Virus record (IMG/VR): IMGVR_UViG_3300033182_000980
Coordinates: 124,001 to 188,000 of that record
DNA length: 64,000 nt
Reading direction: 5' to 3' (one strand)
Part shown: positions 19,136-27,158 of the stretch, one piece after another
How positions within the stretch are numbered: position 1 is the stretch's first letter
Layout of the letters: each line of letters begins with the position of its first letter
The notes under the pieces: model-generated
Database searches by the model: none
Seen by the model: the letters and a program-made list of their open reading frames with translations, nothing else
Told to the model about the DNA's origin: nothing
Program-made: the position numbers and the translations under genes

Positions 19136-19318
19136 AAGTCCACGATCCTTTCGCTATTTGTGGTATTGTTATCTATACCGACAGACCATAAAAAGGAAAG
19201 TGAATAATGCCCTGTTTCCATCCAGATTTAGACAAACAGAATATAGAGCTTAAATGTAAGAGGTGCGATTCACCTTTGCCTTCCGAGGGAGATTCTGCTA
19301 TTTGCCACGAGAGTGGTT

Positions 19319-19564
19319 TTACCCTTCCTTGTGTGTCTCGATGCAATCGAACACATCAGAGGGGAAAGCAGGCAGAGTAGGTTTGAGGATGCTCTTGACA
19401 GCCGACAGTCTTTTTTCATAGAGCTTCTTGTATTGTACCTTTGATAGAGGTACAGGAGTCTTTCTCTCTCGACTTGTGGGAGAACATTCAATGCAAATGT
19501 TTTCGTTAAAATCTTGAGTCAAGTAGTACAATTTGCAAGACGCACAACGCTCATAGCCAAACAT
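19319..19564 (-). CDS. Hypothetical protein with CxxC pairs
   Basis: CASC...CIEC; RBS GGAG. Confidence 0.5.
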   Translation of the reverse strand: MFGYERCASCKLYYLTQDFNENICIECSPTSRERKTPVPLSKVQYKKLYEKRLSAVKSILKPTLPAFPSDVFDCIETHKEG

Positions 19565-19587
19565 ATAAAAACTCCAGAGGACAAATA

Positions 19588-20172
19588 ATGCGAAGAGATG
19601 GAACAGGGAAGTGTCCTGTAAAGTGGTATATAGACGATCTAGGGAAAAAGAGGTGGGTGTGTTTTGCCCATCTCGCCCCTTATACTAGACATTATGAGTC
19701 CTCTGACCAGTGCTGGTATTCCACCTGTCCTGGCAGGAGCATGGTTGGCTACCCTTTGAGCGATCAAGAGCTTGAGGATCAAAAAGCCGAGCAAGCCCGA
19801 AAGACGATCAAAGAGGTCGAGGAGGTCATTCAGATTGATGAACCTAAGAAATCGACTAAGGAGTGCGACAACTATGGATGCACAAACGAGGTCGCTTTAG
19901 GTCGCAAGAGGTACTGCTCGGACAAGTGTCGTATGCAAAAGGCTCGTGCTGACTATGAGGCACGAAACCCTAATCGAACTCGCACTCGTAAGGTGGAGAC
20001 ATCAGAGAAGAAGCAAACTCCGATCACTCCACCTAAGCCGATTGCTCCAGAGCCGAGCAGTATCTGCACCTCGATCACTTGCTCGAACGAAGTACCTAAG
20101 AACCGAAAGGCTTATTGCTCTGATCCATGTAGGAAAAGAGCATATGTGCAGAGGAAGAGAGGACTAATCTAA
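19588..20172 (+). CDS. Zinc-ribbon repeat protein
   Basis: Two C....C.N......RK.YCSD.CR repeats; RBS GAGG. Confidence 0.65.
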   Translation: MRRDGTGKCPVKWYIDDLGKKRWVCFAHLAPYTRHYESSDQCWYSTCPGRSMVGYPLSDQELEDQKAEQARKTIKEVEEVIQIDEPKKSTKECDNYGCTNEVALGRKRYCSDKCRMQKARADYEARNPNRTRTRKVETSEKKQTPITPPKPIAPEPSSICTSITCSNEVPKNRKAYCSDPCRKRAYVQRKRGLI

Positions 20173-20360
20173 CCAAGGTTTTGGTCTTTGAGACTCATCC
20201 CCCCTTTTGTATGCTTTATAGGCTTCTATAAAGTAAACTGAATAGATAAGAGTGGTACAAGAGATAGCAAGAACTGTCATTTTAAGCTCCTTTGGTGTAT
20301 TTAAGGGTGCGTATATACCACCGACAGTAGCCCCTAGCAAAAAAAATTTGGGTAAAAACT

Positions 20361-21242
20361 ATGCTTCATCTCTTAGACCCCTTTACAGCTCATAAAATAG
20401 CTATTTCTTTACTAAAAAGATCTTTTCCGTATCCGAAAATCCATGACCCACATAATGTATTTGGGTTAGATTTCCCTAATCGGTTAGGTCTTAGTGCTGG
20501 CTTCGATAAAGACGCGGTTGCTTTGAGGGGCTTAAAGTCTTTCGGCTTCGGTCATGTGGAGGTAGGTACAGTCACTCTTGCTATGCAGAGAGGGCACACC
20601 CCTCAGTATATAGAGAGGCAACCAAACGCACTTATCAATAAGCTCGGACTCCCTAATGTCGGGGTGAACCAGATGGTTCAAAACATCAAAAAATGCCGAC
20701 CTAAAGGATTAGTCCTTGGAGGCTCTATCGCTTATGGCGATATGGGAAATCCTGGATATTGTCTCACCGAGATTTATGAGACATTCTCCCGACTGCGTAA
20801 GAGTGTAGATTACATCGTCCTAAATGGGTCTTGTCCGAATGTAGAGACACCAGAGAACATATATAAATGCTTAAACCTCATAGACCATACTGACACCCCT
20901 GTTCTTGTTAAGCTCCACATCATGGAGGACAAGATGAAGTTGATTCACACTTTAAATGTTCTCAAGGAGAGCGGGGTTAAGGGAGTGATCTGTAGCAATA
21001 CGCTCCCCACAGTAAAAGGGGGGTTGTCGGGCAAGCCTCTAACACATATCGGGCATCAGCAGTTAGAATGGGTGAAAGAGAACAGCGACTACCCTGTGAT
21101 TTCTAGTGGAGGTGTGATGACCCCTCAAGATGCTGTTGATCGTATTCGTCTTGGGGCTGATCTCGTACAGGTATATACAGGCTTCGTTTACGGAGGGATA
21201 ACCTTCCCTTATCGAGTGGCTAAGGCGATGAGGGGTTTGTAG
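20361..21242 (+). CDS. pyrD: Dihydroorotate dehydrogenase (class-2-like, compact)
   Basis: LDP..AH, GLSAGFDKD, GFGHVEVGTVT, N.LGLPN.G, SCPN, GGLSGKPL, ISSGGV, GADLVQVYTGFVY.G. Confidence 0.92.
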   Translation: MLHLLDPFTAHKIAISLLKRSFPYPKIHDPHNVFGLDFPNRLGLSAGFDKDAVALRGLKSFGFGHVEVGTVTLAMQRGHTPQYIERQPNALINKLGLPNVGVNQMVQNIKKCRPKGLVLGGSIAYGDMGNPGYCLTEIYETFSRLRKSVDYIVLNGSCPNVETPENIYKCLNLIDHTDTPVLVKLHIMEDKMKLIHTLNVLKESGVKGVICSNTLPTVKGGLSGKPLTHIGHQQLEWVKENSDYPVISSGGVMTPQDAVDRIRLGADLVQVYTGFVYGGITFPYRVAKAMRGL

Positions 21243-21286
21243 TTTCTTTATGCCACTACATAAGTGATCTCTTTAACCCTTAACCA
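21236..21286 (+). repeat. 51-bp direct repeat, copy 1 (contains motif B at 21240-21251)
   Basis: TTTGTAGTTTCTTTATGCCACTACATAAGTGATCTCTTTAACCCTTAACCA, identical to 21892-21942. Confidence 0.95.
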
Positions 21287-21302
21287 TGATGGAGAATGAC
21301 CT

Positions 21303-21884
21303 ATGAGAAGATCAGCCAGTGAGATTATTAACGGCCTTGAAATGAGAATCGCTCGCCTTGAGCGTCAAATGCGTGTGGCGGCTAACTACAACCCAAATGA
21401 CACCTTTGAGATCGTAAAGGGGAAGGGTTTTATTCGTATCTATGTTGGCGGTAAGTATAACGACAAACGCACAATTTTGGATCTCAAAGAGACTTTCAAA
21501 GAGGTCTTTGCCAAGGAGTTCATGGACAGTAATGGTCTACCACCAGATTTTACAGTCGAAAGATGTGTTGAGGATGCCTTTGACAGCTCTAACTTGATTG
21601 AAGATTTGAACCGAGTTGCTCCAGGGAGAGGTGAAAGAGCTATCAATTTTAATCTTTACAACACAGATAAGTTTCTTAAAAATGTTGTGGGAGAGCTTGA
21701 GGATAGCCGAGGTGAATTCGATAATCCAGATCACGGTAATCCGGAATGGGAAGATTATTTTCTTGAATGGTCTGATGAATATGAAGCAGACACTGCTGTT
21801 AAGAAAGCTGTAAAAGCACTTATGGATAAGTATGGGAAAGTCAATCCAAACAGGATCGACCCTCGCACTTATCGCCTGTCCTAA
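21303..21884 (+). CDS. Leader-tagged protein 2 (MRRSASEIINGLEMRIARLERQ)
   Basis: Shared leader; RBS GGAG. Confidence 0.85.
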   Translation: MRRSASEIINGLEMRIARLERQMRVAANYNPNDTFEIVKGKGFIRIYVGGKYNDKRTILDLKETFKEVFAKEFMDSNGLPPDFTVERCVEDAFDSSNLIEDLNRVAPGRGERAINFNLYNTDKFLKNVVGELEDSRGEFDNPDHGNPEWEDYFLEWSDEYEADTAVKKAVKALMDKYGKVNPNRIDPRTYRLS

Positions 21885-21891
21885 GACAGTA

Positions 21892-21942
21892 TTTGTAGTT
21901 TCTTTATGCCACTACATAAGTGATCTCTTTAACCCTTAACCA
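21892..21942 (+). repeat. 51-bp direct repeat, copy 2 (contains motif B at 21896-21907)
   Basis: Identical to 21236-21286. Confidence 0.95.
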
Positions 21943-21957
21943 AATGGAGAACATACC

Positions 21958-22773
21958 ATGAGAAGATCAGCAAGTGAGGTCATCAGCGACCTTGAAATGA
22001 GAATCGCTCGCCTTGAGAAATCAGCGGCTCGCCATGAGCTACCTAAAAAAGTGTTGGCAGAGCTTGAAGATCTGCTTAGTGAAGATCCCTTCTATGAGAA
22101 TGACATGGAGGATTATTGGTTTACTATTAAGGTAAACAAAGCTAAAGAGATTGGCTACAGGGAAGAAATGAGTTCATACTCGGAAAACTTTCATGTATAC
22201 GAGTATGAGGTCGAAGCTACAGTCACTCTCAATGACTTGATCGTTGATGACGCTACGATTGAGGATCCTCGTTCAAGGCTATACCACTTTGTTTATGAGG
22301 CACTTGAACAGGCTGACTTTTCTGGTGTGCGAGTGTTGAAAGACGCTGGTTTTGATGTCAAAAAGGTTGGGACTCCCAAACTTACCACTAGAAGTGGTTA
22401 TCCTTCTAAGCTAGAAGTTCCTGTTAAAATCGTTTGTGTTGCGGACGGTAGGTCTGATTTTTTTCTAGTTAATAGAAGGGCAAACAGCCGTCTTGCTTCT
22501 ACTCGTAAGGTTGCTGGACACATAGTTCTCGCAGGTACTGTAAATGTTCGTCAGCTTAGACGAGATCTTGAGGACACCTTCGGCATTGAGGACATCGAGA
22601 TTGAAGATGGTGTTCTTACTTTCCTCATGTCAACAATGGATAACAAGCAGGTGGAGAAGCAAGTTAAATCACTTGCTAAGAAGCATGATGTGAAGTTTGA
22701 AAAGGGTGAGTTCACCGATGGTCTTGGAATGATCTACACCAAGAACGCTTCACGCAGAAATCGTATGCGTTAA
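21958..22773 (+). CDS. Leader-tagged protein 3 (MRRSASEVISDLEMRIARLEKSAA)
   Basis: Shared leader; RBS GGAG. Confidence 0.85.
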   Translation: MRRSASEVISDLEMRIARLEKSAARHELPKKVLAELEDLLSEDPFYENDMEDYWFTIKVNKAKEIGYREEMSSYSENFHVYEYEVEATVTLNDLIVDDATIEDPRSRLYHFVYEALEQADFSGVRVLKDAGFDVKKVGTPKLTTRSGYPSKLEVPVKIVCVADGRSDFFLVNRRANSRLASTRKVAGHIVLAGTVNVRQLRRDLEDTFGIEDIEIEDGVLTFLMSTMDNKQVEKQVKSLAKKHDVKFEKGEFTDGLGMIYTKNASRRNRMR

Positions 22774-23153
22774 GTCTTGATGACTAATACAAGCGTGTCA
22801 TTACCCTCAACCTTATGAGACAAGACACGCTTACCCCCGACCACCTTTAACAAAGTAAACCCAGCGTACTCTAACAGACTTACATTGGGGCTTACTTGAA
22901 TGTGGTCTTGGTTTATATATGAACCATATAGACGCACCTCTAAGACACCTCTAAGTGCCTTAGAGGTGATCTCTATACCTTTGGGTGCATCTATACTTAA
23001 ACGCACAATGAGGGTGTCTTTAAGACGCTCTGTGGTTGCTGTATGGATTTGAGTGTATCCTTCAGCGTCTATACAGCCATAGACCTCTGCATATGAAGGT
23101 GTGGAAAAGAACAACAGACTAGCTAAGGCCAGCTTCCTTTTTATATCGAGCAT
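22770..23153 (-). CDS. Hypothetical secreted protein
   Basis: Signal-peptide-like LALASLLFFSTPSYA. Confidence 0.55.
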   Translation of the reverse strand: MLDIKRKLALASLLFFSTPSYAEVYGCIDAEGYTQIHTATTERLKDTLIVRLSIDAPKGIEITSKALRGVLEVRLYGSYINQDHIQVSPNVSLLEYAGFTLLKVVGGKRVLSHKVEGNDTLVLVIKT

Positions 23154-23736
23154 ATCGTTTCCTTACTGAACTCTCGGTGCGTGATAGTTTCTTTGCAATA
23201 GCTTTATATGACATACCATTTAGTCTGCCCTCATGTAGTAGCTTTAAATCTTTAGTTGTCCAATCTCTCCTCTGTTCAAGATTAAGCCCAAGTTCACTCG
23301 CTTTCTTCCGACAAGCGTCCTCGGTTCTACCTACCTTTTCGGCTATCTCTTCCCAGTCGCATAGATGAAGGGATTTCTCAAGCCTTTCCATCTCGCCCTC
23401 TGTCCATAAACGATACTTTTTTGTTCTTAGACTCACACCCATCCGAGCGGCTTTGAGCTTCACTCTGTTGACAGGCATCTTTAACAGGCGAGCTATAGAT
23501 TTTGTGCTTTGATTTCCAGCCTTCATCTTTAAGAGTTTTTCCATCTCCTTTGTCCACACTCGGTTAGGGTATATGTTCTTCTTCTTGATCCCTAGCGTTT
23601 GGAGTCTGGACTTAACGCTCCCCACAGACCTATTAAGTCTCTCGGCTAACTGTTCGCATGATTCTTGATCGCACCAGACCCTAAGTATCGTATCTTCCAC
23701 ATGATCCCATCGCTTATATCCCATAATCAGATCCAT
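23119..23736 (-). CDS. Tandem Myb/SANT-like HTH repeat protein
   Basis: Four W(T/D)..E...L...HTH repeats (WDHVED, WTKEME, WTEGEM, WTTKDL). Confidence 0.7.
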   Translation of the reverse strand: MDLIMGYKRWDHVEDTILRVWCDQESCEQLAERLNRSVGSVKSRLQTLGIKKKNIYPNRVWTKEMEKLLKMKAGNQSTKSIARLLKMPVNRVKLKAARMGVSLRTKKYRLWTEGEMERLEKSLHLCDWEEIAEKVGRTEDACRKKASELGLNLEQRRDWTTKDLKLLHEGRLNGMSYKAIAKKLSRTESSVRKRYARYKKEAGLS

Positions 23737-23742
23737 ATTTTT

Positions 23743-23754
23743 TAGTTTGTTTAT
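23743..23754 (+). promoter_or_regulatory. Motif B (TAGTTTGTTTAT)
   Basis: Upstream of leader-tagged ORF 23797. Confidence 0.55.
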
Positions 23755-23796
23755 AACTACCTTGTAGTGTCTTACTTATATGAATGGAGAACTGTA

Positions 23797-24489
23797 ATGA
23801 GAAGATCAGCATCAGAAGTCATTAGCGACCTTGAAGCTCGTGTAGCTCGCCTTGAAAAGCAGGCTAAAAAGGTAACGATTGCAAGCGAAGAAAAGCTAGT
23901 TGAGCGATATATTAAATCAACAAGGGGTGTTCTTGATGTTTCTGTCGATTTATCGAAGCGAGACAGGATAACAATGGATATAGACTTTCATGGAACAGTT
24001 TTCCATTTCGAGGGGGAGTGCGATCAAGACATGGAAAGGATCTATGGAGGGTCTAAGACTGCAAATCCTGGAGCTTTGGGTGCATTTTTTATGATGAATG
24101 CCTTAAGACCACGAAGGAGAGGTCGTGGTCGAAGTCGTCATGTTGGAAACACATACACATTCAGACACCCTCATCCTTTTCCTCGCTCAAGGTGGGATTC
24201 TCCAACTATTTATGTCTTTACTCAGTTTGGTGATCTCTATGGTGGTGGTGGCACTAAAGATATTTATGAAACGCTTAAGGATTTGCATAATAACACAATG
24301 AAGAAAAAGCAAATGGATGAGGAGCAAAGGCAAAGAGACGAAGAACTTCGTATCGAGCGTAAAAGGAGTGAGGAGGCTCAAGCTCATGGGGAAAGGATCA
24401 GATTAGAGCGTGAAGAGAGGAAGCGTAAGAAAAGGGAGATGTATGAGGCGAACCGAGCTAGGAATGAAGAAAGACGAAGAAATAGGTGA
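23797..24489 (+). CDS. Leader-tagged protein 4 (MRRSASEVISDLEARVARLEKQA)
   Basis: Start reassigned to ATG 23797 (GGAG RBS); charged coiled-coil C-terminus. Confidence 0.85.
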   Translation: MRRSASEVISDLEARVARLEKQAKKVTIASEEKLVERYIKSTRGVLDVSVDLSKRDRITMDIDFHGTVFHFEGECDQDMERIYGGSKTANPGALGAFFMMNALRPRRRGRGRSRHVGNTYTFRHPHPFPRSRWDSPTIYVFTQFGDLYGGGGTKDIYETLKDLHNNTMKKKQMDEEQRQRDEELRIERKRSEEAQAHGERIRLEREERKRKKREMYEANRARNEERRRNR

Positions 24490-24554
24490 GTAGGAGGCTC
24501 GGCAACAGGGTCTGAAATCATATAACTCTGTATAAACGACTATATGGAGTAAAT

Positions 24555-25085
24555 ATGCACTATGCTGGAATAGGTAGTAGGAAAACACCACAAGCCTGTC
24601 TTGACTTTATGACTAAGGTAGGTCGAGTCTGTACTAAGAAAGACTTGATCCTACGCTCTGGTGGAGCTGTCGGTGCTGACCAAGCCTTTGAGCGAGGGTG
24701 CGATCTTGAAGGTGGCCAGAAAGAAATCTTTACACCCAAGAGCCAATACATCGTTGAGCATGAATGGGCTGTCGAGAAAGCTAAGGCTGTGTGTTGGGAA
24801 TACCCTTTACACAAGATGAAGCCTTACACACGCTCTCTCATTATACGCAATATGTATCAGATCTTTGGTGATGACCCAGAACACCTCAAGCCTGTTAAGT
24901 TTGTGGTGTTCTATTGTGAGGGCGATCCACTTATGCAAGGAAAGTTATCGGGGGGTACGAGGTATGCAGTAAGGGCGGCTCATAACTACAACATCCCTCA
25001 TTACAACCTACGCACCCATCAAGTACACTTTGCGAATGTGCTTAAAGCGTTCCCCGATGTTTGGGATGACCCCAACCCATTTTAG
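24555..25085 (+). CDS. SLOG-superfamily (DprA/Smf-like) protein
   Basis: YAGIGSRKTP, LRSGGAVGADQAFERG, SGGTRYAVR.A. Confidence 0.8.
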   Translation: MHYAGIGSRKTPQACLDFMTKVGRVCTKKDLILRSGGAVGADQAFERGCDLEGGQKEIFTPKSQYIVEHEWAVEKAKAVCWEYPLHKMKPYTRSLIIRNMYQIFGDDPEHLKPVKFVVFYCEGDPLMQGKLSGGTRYAVRAAHNYNIPHYNLRTHQVHFANVLKAFPDVWDDPNPF

Positions 25086-25648
25086 CGTTTTACAACCCTT
25101 CTGGTATCTACATTCACTTCGTAGGTATTGACCCAAGAGCCACCTTCGGCACTCTCCCATTTCACCTCAAAAGTGAGTGTGTTTCCGTTGATGCCTTTGT
25201 ATCTCATATCATCAGTATAACGCATTTCACCGTCCCACCACTCATTCCTCTCGGCAAGGTCGCTAAGGTATTGACTAAGCACACCCTCCCCAATCGGAAT
25301 AAGTTGATTACGAGCTTCATTTGGGTTCGGTTGGCTTTTGAGGAGTCTTTGAACCTCTCCCTTAAAACTGACACCTGATGGTAGAGAAGGGACAGCGTGT
25401 TCGTAGTCATTATGCTTTCTGTAGATGATCTTACGAAGGGTACGAGATTGCTTCTCGCTCAACGCAGTAGCTGGCTCAATTCCTCTGCGTCTGTTGAGTA
25501 TTCTTAGCATATCACTGACAAACCCACGCTCAAACTTGTTGAGTGTTTCGCAGTTATCGAGGATGATTCTCAAAAGGTGAGAGATCTTACCTTGACGATC
25601 ACTCGCCTTTTCGTTTCTTGGTGGCCATTGTGTAGCTGTTCTTCTCAT
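25082..25648 (-). CDS. Hypothetical protein (begins MRRTA; partial leader only)
   Basis: RBS GGAG; motif A variant upstream. Confidence 0.7.
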   Translation of the reverse strand: MRRTATQWPPRNEKASDRQGKISHLLRIILDNCETLNKFERGFVSDMLRILNRRRGIEPATALSEKQSRTLRKIIYRKHNDYEHAVPSLPSGVSFKGEVQRLLKSQPNPNEARNQLIPIGEGVLSQYLSDLAERNEWWDGEMRYTDDMRYKGINGNTLTFEVKWESAEGGSWVNTYEVNVDTRRVVKR

Positions 25649-25671
25649 GGTTCATTCTCCTTACATGATGT

Positions 25672-25688
25672 AATAAATAAGGGGTTAC
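25672..25688 (-). promoter_or_regulatory. Motif A variant (GTAACCCCTTATTTATT)
   Basis: Upstream of ORF 25648. Confidence 0.5.
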
Positions 25689-25719
25689 ACTAGGTCGTCC
25701 ATAAATGTGCTACAAATCT

Positions 25720-25953
25720 TTATCTAATGTTTTCTACAAGCACTTCACAAGACATCTCTAGTATCTTATCCGCGTATGATTGAGAGCAACTAACGAAAGG
25801 TGCTATTCGTACCCCTTTTCGTTCGTATGCACATTCGTTCAAATAACGATGAGCTAGATCGCATGAGTCTTTCCTTATGCGTTCTAACTTTTCCTCTTTC
25901 GTTTCAAACTTACAACCACTAAACAGGATGGTAATAATAATCAACGCTCTCAT
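25720..25953 (-). CDS. Putative lipoprotein
   Basis: Lipobox-like ILFSGC. Confidence 0.55.
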   Translation of the reverse strand: MRALIIITILFSGCKFETKEEKLERIRKDSCDLAHRYLNECAYERKGVRIAPFVSCSQSYADKILEMSCEVLVENIR

Positions 25954-25976
25954 GTTAAACTCCTCAAGGGATTACA

Positions 25977-27158
25977 ATGTTTTTTAAAAACTTAAAGTCA
26001 TTAGCTAGGTCAAAGAAATCTAGCCTCTGTGTTGGTCTTGACGATCCGAATGAAAGCCAAAGGGTAGAGAGAGTCTGCTCAATCATAGATCAGACTGAAC
26101 CTTATGTGGTCTGCTACAAGTTAAACCCAGCTTTCTATCATGGTAATGCAGAGCATATAAAAGCTATTACAGATTACATGAATGAGAGAGGTCTACTCTG
26201 GATCTACGATGGGAAGCTCGGAGATGTGCCTCATACAAACACCGAGTATGCCAAGTATGTTTATGATGTCTTAGGGGCGAGTGCCATGACAGCCCACCCT
26301 TATTGTGGATATGACTCCCTCACTCACCTCATTCGTAAAGATAAAGGTCTATTCGTCTTAGCGAGGACTACAAACCCTTATGCGTATAAGATACAGAGTC
26401 GGGTTCAAGATCACCTCTATGAGTGGTGTAGTCGTTCTAAAGAGATGGGTCTTGTTGTAGCTGGTAATAAAGAGGCTTTCCTACATGAGATTAGAAAGAA
26501 CCTTCCGAACACTTGGTTCTTATCACCAGGCATCGGGGCACAAGGTGGGGGGATCAGATATGCTGTTCCAAACACTCTGTATTCAATGAGTCGGACGATC
26601 CTAAACGCATCCAATCCTGCTGAAGTGGCGAAGGAATATGGTAGGCAGTCTTACTTTGATTTAGAGATTGAGCTTGAACACCACGAACTCATCAAGAGGG
26701 GAGAGTTCACATTAGCGAGTGGTCAGAAATCTAACCTGTATATTGACCTCAAGGGAGTGAGTGGAGTACCCGAACTATTTGATCGCATCGTTCACGAGCT
26801 GATTGAACTTCTCCCCACATCACATCAGATTGTGGGGATGGCAACTGCGGGTATCTCTTTCGCTTCTGTAATGGGTTCTTACCTCAATCGACCTTTTGGG
26901 TATGCGAGATCAGAGATCAAGTCGCATGGTACAGGGAAGATCATTGAGGGTAATGTTCAAAAGGGAGTGCCGATTGTCCTCATTGAAGATGTGGTATCGA
27001 CAGGGGGTTCATTGATTAAGGCTATCCTTGCCCTTAGAGAGCAAGGATATGAGGTTAATCAAGCGATTTCTGTAGTGGACAGGGGTATGGGTGGGTCAGA
27101 GGCATTAAAGGCAATAGGGGTTGATTTAAAGAGCCTTCTTAGTATGCACGATGTTTAA
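25977..27158 (+). CDS. pyrFE: Bifunctional OMP decarboxylase / orotate phosphoribosyltransferase (PyrF-PyrE fusion)
   Basis: N-terminal half: LCVGLD, YKLNPAFY, DGKLGDV, SPGIGAQGG. C-terminal half: FTLASGQKSNLYID, VLIEDVVSTGGS. Confidence 0.93.
   Translation: MFFKNLKSLARSKKSSLCVGLDDPNESQRVERVCSIIDQTEPYVVCYKLNPAFYHGNAEHIKAITDYMNERGLLWIYDGKLGDVPHTNTEYAKYVYDVLGASAMTAHPYCGYDSLTHLIRKDKGLFVLARTTNPYAYKIQSRVQDHLYEWCSRSKEMGLVVAGNKEAFLHEIRKNLPNTWFLSPGIGAQGGGIRYAVPNTLYSMSRTILNASNPAEVAKEYGRQSYFDLEIELEHHELIKRGEFTLASGQKSNLYIDLKGVSGVPELFDRIVHELIELLPTSHQIVGMATAGISFASVMGSYLNRPFGYARSEIKSHGTGKIIEGNVQKGVPIVLIEDVVSTGGSLIKAILALREQGYEVNQAISVVDRGMGGSEALKAIGVDLKSLLSMHDV

Noticed and set aside
25082-25648. Seventh member of the leader family
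   Set aside because: Only MRRTA matches; the LExRxARLE core is missing and the upstream motif is class A.
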